This document shows, one piece after another, positions 7,029-16,277 of a stretch of 18,947 nt of DNA (the first letter of the stretch is position 1; each line of letters begins with the position of its first letter). The notes below the pieces were generated by a model. It did no database searches. It saw only the letters and a list, made by a program, of their open reading frames with translations, and was not told the origin of the DNA. Source of the DNA: Pseudobdellovibrionaceae bacterium (GTDB lineage: Bacteria > Bdellovibrionota > Bdellovibrionia > Bdellovibrionales > Bdellovibrionaceae); NCBI GenBank assembly GCA_041288045.1, contig JBGGMM010000183.1, forward strand, positions 1-18,947, given 5' to 3'. Made by a program: the position numbers and the translations under genes.

Positions 7029-8336
7029 TTGAAGAGGGGACACATTCTATTACTCGTCGCACTTCTGGTTTCTTGCGCTAAGAAACCTGCAAGTGAGCCA
7101 AAATCAAAAGAAATTGAAAAACAAATCGATGCTCAGCTGATTTACGGCGATGACCATCGACTGGAAAATTACCAAGCTTCTGAAGCCTATCGAACCTTAG
7201 CCGCATCAACAGTGGCATTGGTGAAGAGCTCAGGCCTGGTCGCTCGATCCGGTGGTTATCAGCTTTTCGGCAGCAATTACGGTGATTCCTATCATCTCTG
7301 CCCCAGTGAGCCCTATCGAGAGCAAACATCGGGAGCTTTTTGCTCAGGCTCTCTAGTAGGCCCGGATTTGGTGATGACAGCCGGTCACTGCGTCACTTCC
7401 GCCAGTGATTGTGCAGATGTCAGATTGGTCTTTGATTTTGCCGTGCACTCGGCGAGCAGCGGGGAGCAGAGAAATTTCACTCAAGACGAAGTCTATCGCT
7501 GTCAGCAAATCCTTGCCCGCCAACAAACCAGCGATGGAGCCGACTATGCGATCCTTCGATTGGATCGAAAAGTAGCAGGACGATCGCCGCTGAAAGTGCG
7601 CCGGCGGGGAGTGGCCTCGGTCGGAGACCCTTTGGTGGTGATTGGACATCCTGCTGGAATACCGCAAAAAATTGCTGGAGGAGCCTCGGTGCGCTCGGTG
7701 TCTTCTCAGCACTTTGTTGCCAATCTAGATACTTATGGCGGGAACTCTGGTTCTTCTGTTTTCAATGCCAGGACCAGAGAAATTGAAGGAATTCTGGTTC
7801 GCGGCGATACAGATTTTCAGTGGACAGGGGCTTGCTCTGTTTCCAATCGCTGTGCTGACAATGGTTGCCGAGGAGAAGACGTGACTCGAATCGATCAAGT
7901 CCTTTCCTTCATTCCTGATTCGCAATCTGGGGATGAAGAAGGGTCACCCTCTGAGCAACGCGAAGTTTTTGCAGTAGAGCGCAAGTTGTCGATTCCTGAT
8001 GCTCCCCGATCGGGCGTGACAAGTTCGGTGACTGCAACTTCAGCTCCTCGAGGTCGGAAAGTCCTCGTGCAAGTGGATTTGGCTCACACTTACCGCGGAG
8101 ATCTGGTGCTTGAGCTCGCTTCTCCTTCTGGCAAGAAAGTGGTTCTGCAAAGACGAAGCGGTGGATCCTTGGATGATCTTCGCGGCATTTATGGTGAGGA
8201 TTTGCAAAGCCACGAATCTTTGCTTTCACTTCAATCTGAAGCAAAAACTGGAAAGTGGAGTTTGAAAATCACCGACGAAGCGGCAGTTGACGTCGGTGTT
8301 TTAAACAAGTGGGCGGTGATTTTTGCAAATCCCTAA
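7029..8336 (+). CDS. Lipoprotein S1 (trypsin-fold) serine protease with C-terminal proprotein-convertase P-domain
   Basis: TTG 7029 follows SD AAGGGAGG. Lipobox LLVS|C. Triad motifs TAGHC, DYA, GGNSGS. P-domain motifs HTYRGDL..L.SPSG and G.W.L.I.D....D.G.L..W. Confidence 0.92.
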   Translation: MKRGHILLLVALLVSCAKKPASEPKSKEIEKQIDAQLIYGDDHRLENYQASEAYRTLAASTVALVKSSGLVARSGGYQLFGSNYGDSYHLCPSEPYREQTSGAFCSGSLVGPDLVMTAGHCVTSASDCADVRLVFDFAVHSASSGEQRNFTQDEVYRCQQILARQQTSDGADYAILRLDRKVAGRSPLKVRRRGVASVGDPLVVIGHPAGIPQKIAGGASVRSVSSQHFVANLDTYGGNSGSSVFNARTREIEGILVRGDTDFQWTGACSVSNRCADNGCRGEDVTRIDQVLSFIPDSQSGDEEGSPSEQREVFAVERKLSIPDAPRSGVTSSVTATSAPRGRKVLVQVDLAHTYRGDLVLELASPSGKKVVLQRRSGGSLDDLRGIYGEDLQSHESLLSLQSEAKTGKWSLKITDEAAVDVGVLNKWAVIFANP

Positions 8337-8701
8337 AAGGGTTTGAAAATCGCAAGGAAAGTGGCTGCGCCAACCAAGACGGCAAAGCTTGCCAACAGGG
8401 CTGGGGCCCATTGGGGTTTTCTCTTGGTGAGGGAAATCCCTGCCCCCAGTAAAAGCCAAATTGCCAGTTTTCCATAGATCCATCCGGGAAGACCCGAAAC
8501 AATCCCAAGGCGAGCGGCCATTCCAAAGCCGCCAGTAAGCGCCAGCAGAAGGCCCAAGCCATGGCTGAGGAATCCCAGCAGGCGAATTTTTTTTGCGACT
8601 GCAGGGTTTGTGGCGAAAGCTCCCAGGATCAAGCCAAGTCCCAACAGTAAGAGGGCAATGCCGAAGAGGTGCATGATTTTATAAACTTGGTAGGAAATCA
8701 T
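8333..8701 (-). CDS. Small 4-TM membrane protein (SirB2-like pattern)
   Basis: Y..YK..H, HG..L.L...GFG and PGWI..KL..W patterns. ATGA overlap with the lpxD stop. Confidence 0.8.
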   Translation of the reverse strand: MISYQVYKIMHLFGIALLLLGLGLILGAFATNPAVAKKIRLLGFLSHGLGLLLALTGGFGMAARLGIVSGLPGWIYGKLAIWLLLGAGISLTKRKPQWAPALLASFAVLVGAATFLAIFKPF

Positions 8702-9783
8702 TCGGACTCCTTTTCAAGACCCAAATGCCGACGAATTTGGGTCAGTTGTTTGCGCATGCTCGTGAGATGAGTGAGATTGGCCAGAGTTTTTAAACTGTCC
8801 CGGAAAGGCTCTAAAGGATAGCCGTTGTAAGCTCCAGGTTTTAAAGTGTCTTTCGTGATTGCGGATCTGCCGCCAACGACAATGGAGCTACCGACAGTCA
8901 CGTGATCACTGAGCACAGTGCTCCCGCCAAACATGCAATTATCGCCGATCTGGCAAGAACCTGCCATGAGAAAGCCAGCAGCAAAGACATTGTTTTTTCC
9001 AATTCGGCAGTTGTGACCAATATGGCAAAGATTGTCAAATTTGCTTCCTTCGCCGATTCGGGTTTCGCCCAAAGTGGACCGATCCACAGCACAATTAGCA
9101 CCCATTTCAACCAAATCCTCGATGACCACAGTCCCTAATTGCGGGATTTTATGCCGCCTCTGATCCTTTCCCTGAACAAAACCAAAGCCATCAGAGCCAA
9201 TACAAGTGTGGGGATGAATTTCGCAAAGTTTGCCAACAGAGCAGTTGGCCCCGACAAACACAAAAGAATGCAACAAAGTCCTGGCGCCAATCCGAGCTGC
9301 TTTTTCAACCACCACATGCGAAGCTAAAACCGCCGAATCACCAATTTCAACATCAGGTCCAACGACAGTAAATGCGCCGATTCGGACATCTTTTCCAATG
9401 CGAGCGGAAGGGTCGACGGAGGCTGTCGGATGAATCCCCATTGGAAATCGGGACAGCTTCTGATCAAAAAGCGGTAGAACCAAAGCCATGGCAGCCGAAA
9501 TATTGGGAGTCGAAAAAAGCGCCTGGTGCTCACCGATTTGAATTTCTGAGGGAAGCAACTGATCCAAGGCGACAATGATGCTGGGATGGCCCTTGAGCGC
9601 TTGAGAGAGAAGTTCAGGCGTCGAGACAAAGCACAGGGTTTCCGGGCGGGTCTGAGAGGGTTCCACAACCTGCTTGGCTTTGGCTTGAGGGGAGCTTTTC
9701 ACGATCTGAAGATAAGTTGAAAAAATAGGGTCGAGACAGATCTGGGCGATCTTTTCGGCCGAGATCAAAGTGGAAGAATCCAT
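8698..9783 (-). CDS. lpxD: UDP-3-O-acyl-glucosamine N-acyltransferase
   Basis: Hexapeptide repeats, [25 protein letters not shown] and [11 protein letters not shown] (catalytic His region). Start ATG 9783 with GGAG SD; the ORF-track extension to 10185 is an antisense shadow. Confidence 0.95.
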   Translation of the reverse strand: MDSSTLISAEKIAQICLDPIFSTYLQIVKSSPQAKAKQVVEPSQTRPETLCFVSTPELLSQALKGHPSIIVALDQLLPSEIQIGEHQALFSTPNISAAMALVLPLFDQKLSRFPMGIHPTASVDPSARIGKDVRIGAFTVVGPDVEIGDSAVLASHVVVEKAARIGARTLLHSFVFVGANCSVGKLCEIHPHTCIGSDGFGFVQGKDQRRHKIPQLGTVVIEDLVEMGANCAVDRSTLGETRIGEGSKFDNLCHIGHNCRIGKNNVFAAGFLMAGSCQIGDNCMFGGSTVLSDHVTVGSSIVVGGRSAITKDTLKPGAYNGYPLEPFRDSLKTLANLTHLTSMRKQLTQIRRHLGLEKESE

Positions 9784-9892
9784 CTGCTGCTCCGCAAGGT
9801 AAATGAACGAAGAAATTGCTGTCTTGTTACGCCAGGATATATACCAGAAGCAAACCATTTCACAGTTCTTGATTGATTGGCGGGAGGTTCCC

Positions 9893-10384
9893 ATGGCTAA
9901 AGCGGCAAAAAAGTCAGCGGCAAAGCCGGCGGCAAAAAGTGCGGCGAGCAAAAAGCCGGATAAAAAAGCGGCTGCTCCTAAAGCTTCTCCTAAAAAAGAA
10001 GCAAAACCGAAAGCAGAGGCTTCAGTCAAAAAAGAAGCAGCTAAAAAGGCGGCTCCTGTTGAAACTGAATCTGCAATTGAAACGGAAACAACTGTTGTTG
10101 AAGCAGCACCTGTTGTTCCAAAAATGTCCAAAAAAGAAAAGGCAGCCAAAGCGGCAGCTGATAAGGTCAATGCAGAAGACTTCAAAAAATGGAGTGACCT
10201 GCGAGAAAAATACGGCTCAGAAAAAGCTTCGACTTACAGCATGTCGGAAAGTTTTGAAGCCAATCAGCCACTTTTGCACAAACTTTTAGGATGGGGTTTT
10301 ATTTTGAATGTGCAAAATGATCGCTTGGAAGTTCTGTTTGAGAATGGACCCAAGATGCTGATCAGCAATTACAGACCCAAATAG
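9893..10384 (+). CDS. Lys/Ala/Pro-rich (histone H1-like) protein with C-terminal Tudor/SH3-like domain
   Basis: SD GGGAGG before ATG 9893. AAKK/PAAK repeats followed by the globular segment YSMSESF....[11 protein letters not shown]....[14 protein letters not shown]. Confidence 0.85.
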   Translation: MAKAAKKSAAKPAAKSAASKKPDKKAAAPKASPKKEAKPKAEASVKKEAAKKAAPVETESAIETETTVVEAAPVVPKMSKKEKAAKAAADKVNAEDFKKWSDLREKYGSEKASTYSMSESFEANQPLLHKLLGWGFILNVQNDRLEVLFENGPKMLISNYRPK

Positions 10385-10436
10385 GGCTTTTTTTGATTGC
10401 AAGCCTCAAGCGTTCTCGCGTAAAAAGAACAGACAG

Positions 10437-10655
10437 ATGGCAAAAGACGATTTAGCACAATTAGATGGTAAAATAGTAGATGCTCTGGCTGGCGGGATTT
10501 ACAAAGTCCAGCTTGAGAACAACGTGGAAATTCAGGCCAAGCTCTGCGGCAAAATGCGCCGTTTCAATATCCGAGTCGTGGTTGGTGACAAAGTGACGGT
10601 GGGAGTTTCGCCTTATGATCCCACGCACGGTCTGATCATGTATCGACACAAGTAA
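10437..10655 (+). CDS. infA: Translation initiation factor IF-1
   Basis: 72 aa with MAK.D....G.I...L....V.LEN.....A...GKMR...IR...GDKV.V..SPYD...G.I.YR. Confidence 0.98.
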   Translation: MAKDDLAQLDGKIVDALAGGIYKVQLENNVEIQAKLCGKMRRFNIRVVVGDKVTVGVSPYDPTHGLIMYRHK

Positions 10656-10705
10656 AAAATGCTGCTTACATCATGAAGATTCATTTTCTCAAACGGAGTT
10701 GATCG

Positions 10706-13096
10706 ATGGAACAAACTCTTGTGAGTTATTTTTCCAAACATGTCCCTGGCGTGGCTGCAAAATCAGCCGCTGCTGTTCTTGAACTCTCAGCTGAAGGGGC
10801 CACTGTTCCCTTCATTGCCCGGTACCGAAAAGAAAAAACCGGCAATTTGGACGAAGTCCAAATCCGCGCCGTGATCGATGCCAATGAGACTTTTCAAGAA
10901 ATCGTCAAAAGAAAAGCTTTTTTGGTGAAAGAAATCGGCGAGCAGAACAATCTCACCGAAGAAATCAAAAAGCGAATCGAACAGAGTTGGGATTTGGGTG
11001 AGCTTGAAGAGATTTACCGTCCCTTCAAAAAGAAAAAGAAAACCAAAGCCACAATTGCTCGTGAAGCCGGTCTTGAACCTCTGGCTCAATGGATTTGGGA
11101 TTTGGGACATGGAGTTCTCAAAGACGAGACCACAATGGAAATGAAAGCCAAAAATTTCTTGAATCCGGCTCATAAGATCATGACTTATGACGAAGCACTC
11201 AAAGGAGCTCAAGATATTCTGGTTGAAAAAATCGCCAATGATCCTGACTTGCGACAAGTGGTGCATAAAAATTATTTTGAAAAAGGCAAAGTCAGCTCCA
11301 AACGAGCCAAGGGCTTTAAGCCACACTCCAAATACGAAATGTATTCGGAATTTTCAGAGCCAGTGAAAAATCTTTTGGATGCCAAAGCGAGCCACCGCTA
11401 CATGGCCATGCGACGAGGCTGGCAAGAAGAAGAGCTTTCTGTCGATGTCACTGCCGAGGACGAAGTGCTTCTCACTCAGTATGAGAGATTTGCCACTTCG
11501 ACTCCGGACAATTCCACTGGAGCTTTTTTAAAGAGCTGTGCGAAACTGGCTCTTTCCGTGTATGTCGTTCCTTCGATCACCAATGAAGTTCATCGCGCTT
11601 TGAAAGACAAATCCGACGAAGATGCGATCAAAGTATTCGCCGAAAACGTCAAGCGCTTGCTTTTGGGGTCTCCCTTTGGCCCGAAAGTGGTTTTGGGAGT
11701 CGATCCCGGTTTGCGAACCGGCTGCAAAGTGGCCTTGGTGGATAAAGCAGGGAATTTCATTTCACACACTGTGATTCACCTCAATGGTGAGGGGGCTGAG
11801 CAAAAGGCCAAGACTCTTTTTGGTGAAGTGATGAAACAGATCCAAATTGAAGCCATTGCAGTTGGCAACGGGACTGCTGGTCGAGAGACCGAAGTTTTCT
11901 TGCGTAAAATTCTCAAGGAACTGGGCAAAGAAGTTCCGATTATCATGGTCAGTGAATCAGGGGCTTCGGTGTATTCGGCCTCTGAAGCTGCCCGACAAGA
12001 ATTTCCAGATTTGGATTTGACTGTGAAAGGTGCGATTTCAATTGCTCGTCGTCTTCAAGATCCGTTGTCAGAACTGGTGAAGGTGGATCCAAAATCCATT
12101 GGAGTTGGTCAGTACCAGCACGATGTCAATCAGTCGTCTTTGAAAAAGGGCCTTGAAGCGGTTGTTGAAAGCTGTGTGAACAACGTCGGTGTGGATCTGA
12201 ACACAGCTTCTGCAGCCCTTCTTTCCTATGTCTCTGGCATTGGACCCGCTCTGGCTCAAAATATCATTGAAACTAGAAAGAAAACTTTGTTTCAGGATCG
12301 CTCTGAGCTTTTGCAAGTGCCAAAATTTTCTTCTAAAGTTTATGAGCAGTCCGCTGGATTTTTGCGAATTCAAAGTGGAAAAATCTTTTTGGATTCCACG
12401 GGCATTCACCCAGAGCGCTATGCAGCTGTCCGTGACATGGCTTCTGAGCTGGGTGTGGCCATCACGGATCTGGTGGGTGAAGGGGCGAAGAAATTGCTTC
12501 CGCTTCGAAGCAAATGGGCTGCCATCATTGGAGAATTCACTTTTGATGATATCGTCAAGGAACTTGAAAAACCCGGCCGGGATCCGCGCGATCCATTCAA
12601 AGTCTTTCAATTTCGCGATGATATTTTTGAAGTCAAAGATCTGAAAGAAGGCATGATCTGCCCGGGGATCGTCACCAACGTCACCAATTTCGGAGCCTTT
12701 GTCGATATTGGCGTTCATCAAGATGGACTTGTGCACATTTCTGAGCTTTCGCACAAATTTGTGGATGATCCTCGCAAAGTCGTCAATCCAGGCGATCAAG
12801 TGACAATCAAAGTTTTAGGAATTGATTTAGAAAAAAATCAGATCTCATTGACCATGAAATTGGAGGCAGCGCCTGAGCGCCAGGCCCGAATGAATGAATC
12901 TCGTGAAAAGCGAGAAGCGGGTGGTGGCGGCAGACCTCAAGGCCGAGGGCATGGTGGTGGTCATGGCAGAGGAGGGGGCGGAGGAAAACCTTCTGGCGAT
13001 CGCCGAGGCGGACCTGATCAGCGTCCCCACAAACCGGCCAATCCTTTCAACAATCCTTTTGGCGCGCTGGCAGGGATCAATCAGGGAAAGAAGTAA
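10706..13096 (+). CDS. tex: Tex-family RNA-binding transcriptional accessory protein
   Basis: GATVPFIARYRKEKTG.LDE, YqgF-like GVDPG.RTGCK, SIARRLQDPL.ELVK.DPKSIGVGQYQHDV, HhH repeats and an S1 domain (NFGAFVDIGVHQDGLVHIS). Confidence 0.97.
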   Translation: MEQTLVSYFSKHVPGVAAKSAAAVLELSAEGATVPFIARYRKEKTGNLDEVQIRAVIDANETFQEIVKRKAFLVKEIGEQNNLTEEIKKRIEQSWDLGELEEIYRPFKKKKKTKATIAREAGLEPLAQWIWDLGHGVLKDETTMEMKAKNFLNPAHKIMTYDEALKGAQDILVEKIANDPDLRQVVHKNYFEKGKVSSKRAKGFKPHSKYEMYSEFSEPVKNLLDAKASHRYMAMRRGWQEEELSVDVTAEDEVLLTQYERFATSTPDNSTGAFLKSCAKLALSVYVVPSITNEVHRALKDKSDEDAIKVFAENVKRLLLGSPFGPKVVLGVDPGLRTGCKVALVDKAGNFISHTVIHLNGEGAEQKAKTLFGEVMKQIQIEAIAVGNGTAGRETEVFLRKILKELGKEVPIIMVSESGASVYSASEAARQEFPDLDLTVKGAISIARRLQDPLSELVKVDPKSIGVGQYQHDVNQSSLKKGLEAVVESCVNNVGVDLNTASAALLSYVSGIGPALAQNIIETRKKTLFQDRSELLQVPKFSSKVYEQSAGFLRIQSGKIFLDSTGIHPERYAAVRDMASELGVAITDLVGEGAKKLLPLRSKWAAIIGEFTFDDIVKELEKPGRDPRDPFKVFQFRDDIFEVKDLKEGMICPGIVTNVTNFGAFVDIGVHQDGLVHISELSHKFVDDPRKVVNPGDQVTIKVLGIDLEKNQISLTMKLEAAPERQARMNESREKREAGGGGRPQGRGHGGGHGRGGGGGKPSGDRRGGPDQRPHKPANPFNNPFGALAGINQGKK

Positions 13097-13100
13097 GTTT

Positions 13101-13820
13101 ATGAAATGGCTGACAGTGATTTTGACTTTAGCTTTGGGTCTTCCATTTTTTCCGCAATTCTCTTTGGCCTACGATTTTGTTCAGGTGAGCGGCGAAGGTG
13201 AAATCAAAGCCAAGCCGGATTTTATTTTGGTCAATGCCACTGTCTACAGTCGGGCTCAAACAGCCAAAGAAGCGCAAAAAATAAATACCAAAGAAATGGC
13301 CAGAATCGATAAGCTTTTGAAACAGGATTTCAAAGTTGAGGCAAAGGACATTCAAACCTCTTCCTTTCAAGTGCAGCCCCAGTACGAATACGGCAAAGAC
13401 AAACCCATCTACAAAGGCATCAACGTACAGCACGCTTTGCGAATCAAATTTCGCAAGGTCGATGAGGTTGGCAATCTGCTGGATCGTTTGGTGGAAGTTC
13501 AAAATCAAGAAGGCTTTGGTGTTCGCGTCGATGAATTGGTTTTCGGAACGGATCAATCGAAGGCCTACGAAGTCCAAGCCCTGGAGCTGGCCATGAATGA
13601 AGCCAAAGCTCGAGCCCAAGTTCTGGCGAAAGCCAGCGGGCGAACTCTTTCCACTGTCCGCAAAGTATCTGACAGTCAAATCTCAGAAATCCAAATCCGT
13701 CCCATGCGGTCCATGGGAAAAATGGCTATGGATATGGCGTCTGAAACAGCACCGACACAGGTCTCTCCAGGCGAAATTTCCGTACGCGCCCAGGTTTCTG
13801 TAGAGTACGAAATCAAATAA
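13101..13820 (+). CDS. Periplasmic SIMPL (DUF541/BP26/YggE-like) protein
   Basis: Signal peptide from ATG 13101. Motifs V.VSGEGEI.A.PD, DIQTS.F.VQPQY, A..EAK.RA..LA.ASG and PGEI.V.A.V.V.Y. Confidence 0.92.
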   Translation: MKWLTVILTLALGLPFFPQFSLAYDFVQVSGEGEIKAKPDFILVNATVYSRAQTAKEAQKINTKEMARIDKLLKQDFKVEAKDIQTSSFQVQPQYEYGKDKPIYKGINVQHALRIKFRKVDEVGNLLDRLVEVQNQEGFGVRVDELVFGTDQSKAYEVQALELAMNEAKARAQVLAKASGRTLSTVRKVSDSQISEIQIRPMRSMGKMAMDMASETAPTQVSPGEISVRAQVSVEYEIK

Positions 13821-13896
13821 GGGCCGCCAAATTCGTCACGCTGACCAAACCTTTGATAGTCTCCTCAGCAGAAAATGACGAAAACCTGACAATTCT

Positions 13897-13913
13897 CTGG
13901 CTTTGCTTTTGCT
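13897..13913 (+). promoter_or_regulatory. Sigma54 (-24/-12) promoter candidate
   Basis: CTGGC-tttgctt-TTGCT with GG at 13899-13900 and GC at 13911-13912 (exact GG-N10-GC spacing), about 34 nt before the start at 13947. Confidence 0.6.
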
Positions 13914-13946
13914 CTCTCCAAAGAGTTTGCAAGCTGGAGGAATTTT

Positions 13947-15332
13947 TTGAAATCCGTGTTTTTCATCGCATTTATGATTCTTTCAGTTTCGGCGCAGGCT
14001 CAGCAGGCCTGTGATCGAATGCATTATTCAGCTTCTGTGACTTATGCAGTCTCAGGAGTTCTGGGATTTCATCAAGACAGCAAGCTTCTTCAAGACATCA
14101 AAAAAATCGTCGCGAGTGCTAAATACAAAACGCAAGTTGAAAAAGTCGAAGGATTTAATGATCAGATTTTGATCCTGGATGCTCCTCGTTTAGAAAAGTT
14201 GATTCGGCAAGAGACTCCTTACACTGTCAGCCTGATGGGGCGTGAGGTTATCACTCAGGCTCCAGGACTTGCTAAATTCAGACAGATTGGATTGGTTCAC
14301 GGCGATCCTCATTTCGGCAATATGAACATTCAGCCACTTCTTTTTCGCCAGGGACATGGCGATCGCAATCGATATACGGTCGTTGATCTTGACGAGGTTT
14401 CGGTTGGTGTTTTCAGTCTGGATTTCACACGGTACATGATTTTTCTGAAAGCCAGCTATGCCAAGCTCAACAAAGCTTTTGGTAAGGATTTTGAGCAAGA
14501 GTTGATGCAGAGCTATTACCGGGGTCTCCAGCAGAAATCCTACGGAACCTTGCCATCTTTTATTGCGAAGCCTTTGGCCGCGACTCCAAAACAGATCCGC
14601 CAAAAAGTTTCAGACTATGCCAATGCTCGAGTCGATAAGGATGGAAAATTCCGAGAAAGATATTTTAAGAGCAACGAATTGGCTGAATTTGCAGTTAAAA
14701 ATATGAAGCCTGGATTCTTGGCGAAATTGAATTTCAATCAGGACCTGGTGAAGCGAAAAGAATTCAAGAAATTGATTGAAGAAGCTTTGATCAAAGCAGC
14801 GCAAAGTGATCTGGGGGCTCGTGTGCAGGTTCTCGATATCGCCATTCCGGTGCGAAGCACAGGCGGAAGTGCCCAAATGCAAAGATTTTTATTATCCACG
14901 CGTGTCCAAATGGATGGCGAATCTTATCCCATGATTCTTGAATTTAAGGAAAATACGGACAAAGCTGGTTGGGAAGCTGTGATTGAGGCTCCTGTGAAAA
15001 ATGCAACTGAGCGCTACGGCCTGGGTTTGCGGGCAACAATGGATGATGCTGGTCCACTGATGAAAGTCATCAACCTCAGTTCGCAGGCGAGTTTTTTGAT
15101 GCGCCCCCGGGGCAACTTGGATATTGAAGTCACAACTTCAGCTCAAACGCGAGACTTGGCTCTTTTCGATGCTTATCTCATGGGGCTTTTTCACGGCGGA
15201 CAGGGGCCTGAAGTGAGCGGGAATTATCAGAAACAAGTTCAAGCAAATCCTGAACTCTTTCAACAAACCGTGATGGAAATCGCTGATAAAGTTTTAAAAC
15301 GCCTTTCCGAAGAATCCGGATTGAAAAAATAA
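13947..15332 (+). CDS. Exported DUF2252-like protein (protein-kinase-like fold)
   Basis: SD GGAGGA before TTG. Signal peptide ..VSAQA|Q. Motifs HGDPHFGN, DLDE, DFTR, GGS...RF, LEFKE and FLMR occur in DUF2252 order. Confidence 0.75.
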   Translation: MKSVFFIAFMILSVSAQAQQACDRMHYSASVTYAVSGVLGFHQDSKLLQDIKKIVASAKYKTQVEKVEGFNDQILILDAPRLEKLIRQETPYTVSLMGREVITQAPGLAKFRQIGLVHGDPHFGNMNIQPLLFRQGHGDRNRYTVVDLDEVSVGVFSLDFTRYMIFLKASYAKLNKAFGKDFEQELMQSYYRGLQQKSYGTLPSFIAKPLAATPKQIRQKVSDYANARVDKDGKFRERYFKSNELAEFAVKNMKPGFLAKLNFNQDLVKRKEFKKLIEEALIKAAQSDLGARVQVLDIAIPVRSTGGSAQMQRFLLSTRVQMDGESYPMILEFKENTDKAGWEAVIEAPVKNATERYGLGLRATMDDAGPLMKVINLSSQASFLMRPRGNLDIEVTTSAQTRDLALFDAYLMGLFHGGQGPEVSGNYQKQVQANPELFQQTVMEIADKVLKRLSEESGLKK

Positions 15333-15336
15333 AATC

Positions 15337-16113
15337 TCAACGCTGTTTTAAAATCTGATCGGTGATTTCGGCAAATCCCAAGCCGCCGCGGCGATTGGCC
15401 ACATAAGCGGGCCGGTGAGAAATTTGATCTAGAAAATCGACGATGTTTGAAACCGCAAAGCTGTTTGGAAAATAACTGAACATGGGCTCGTCATTTGGAG
15501 AGTCGCCACAAAAACAGCAGCGGGATTTGACTTCGGATTCAGAAAGTCCAAATTCGTCTTTCATGAATTTCAAAGTCATGCTCAGTTTGTCGTAATTGCC
15601 AAACCAGCCATTGACATGAATCGAGCTGACTTTCGCCTGGGCTCCATATTTTTTAAACACTTTGACGATTTTATCGACTTCGCTTTTTGGCAGTTTTGGA
15701 ACATCTTCGCAAAAATCAATGGCCAGATCCATAAAACGGCAGAACTGATCGGAAGCGATCGCAGAGCCAGGCACTGTATCAAGAACTTCTTTTTGGATTT
15801 GCTCGAGCTTCTTGCGATTTTCAATTTGCTTTTCAAAATCGTGGACGAAATGTCTTTCCATTTTTTTCTCAACATAGCGAAAATAAAATCCGCCATTTTC
15901 ACCAATGACTCCAGCAACTGGCCACTGGCGGGCGATCATTTCACACCATCCGGCCGGTCGGCCCGTGACGGGAATGACTTGAATTCCGGATTTCGCCAGT
16001 TTCCACATCGCTGTATAAGCTTCGGGCCCAAGCAGACCTTCGTCGGTGAGGGTGTCGTCAATATCGGTGAGAACAAAATCGATTCGGGATTTGAATTCAG
16101 CGAGTGATTTCAT
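15337..16113 (-). CDS. HAD-IIB family hydrolase
   Basis: Motif I DIDDTLT, motif II VTGR, GENG, motif III K (YDK), motif IV GDSPND. Confidence 0.92.
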   Translation of the reverse strand: MKSLAEFKSRIDFVLTDIDDTLTDEGLLGPEAYTAMWKLAKSGIQVIPVTGRPAGWCEMIARQWPVAGVIGENGGFYFRYVEKKMERHFVHDFEKQIENRKKLEQIQKEVLDTVPGSAIASDQFCRFMDLAIDFCEDVPKLPKSEVDKIVKVFKKYGAQAKVSSIHVNGWFGNYDKLSMTLKFMKDEFGLSESEVKSRCCFCGDSPNDEPMFSYFPNSFAVSNIVDFLDQISHRPAYVANRRGGLGFAEITDQILKQR

Positions 16114-16243
16114 TTTGTTAGTTTAATTGCGAGCTGCAAAAATGTTCAATGTGCAAACAGACATGAACGGGCTTACTTTCGCTTCGAGTCGAAAATTCAA
16201 CTTGTCAGAAAAGGGCTCGGGGCTCATTTTGGGAGGACGACCA

Positions 16244-16249
16244 TATAAT
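16244..16249 (+). promoter_or_regulatory. Consensus -10 box upstream of topA
   Basis: TATAAT 28 nt before the ATG at 16278. No good -35 box at 16-18 bp spacing. Confidence 0.35.
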
Positions 16250-16277
16250 AAGGACAGATTCGGGCTGAAGGAAAAAA

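Noticed and set aside
6408..7043. 211-aa antisense ORF over rlmL, and similar ones at 10787-11326, 12068-12799 and 13128-13679
   Set aside because: Codon-mirror shadows of well-supported genes, with no motifs of their own.
9784..10185. 134-aa N-terminal extension of LpxD in the ORF track
   Set aside because: It is the antisense of the Lys/Ala-rich gene, whose AAA/GCN codons give a stop-free Phe/Ala/Leu shadow. A good SD and ATG exist at 9783.
12894..13100. N-terminal extension of the SIMPL ORF overlapping tex
   Set aside because: Alternate frame of the G-rich Tex tail. The signal peptide begins at ATG 13101, just after the tex stop.
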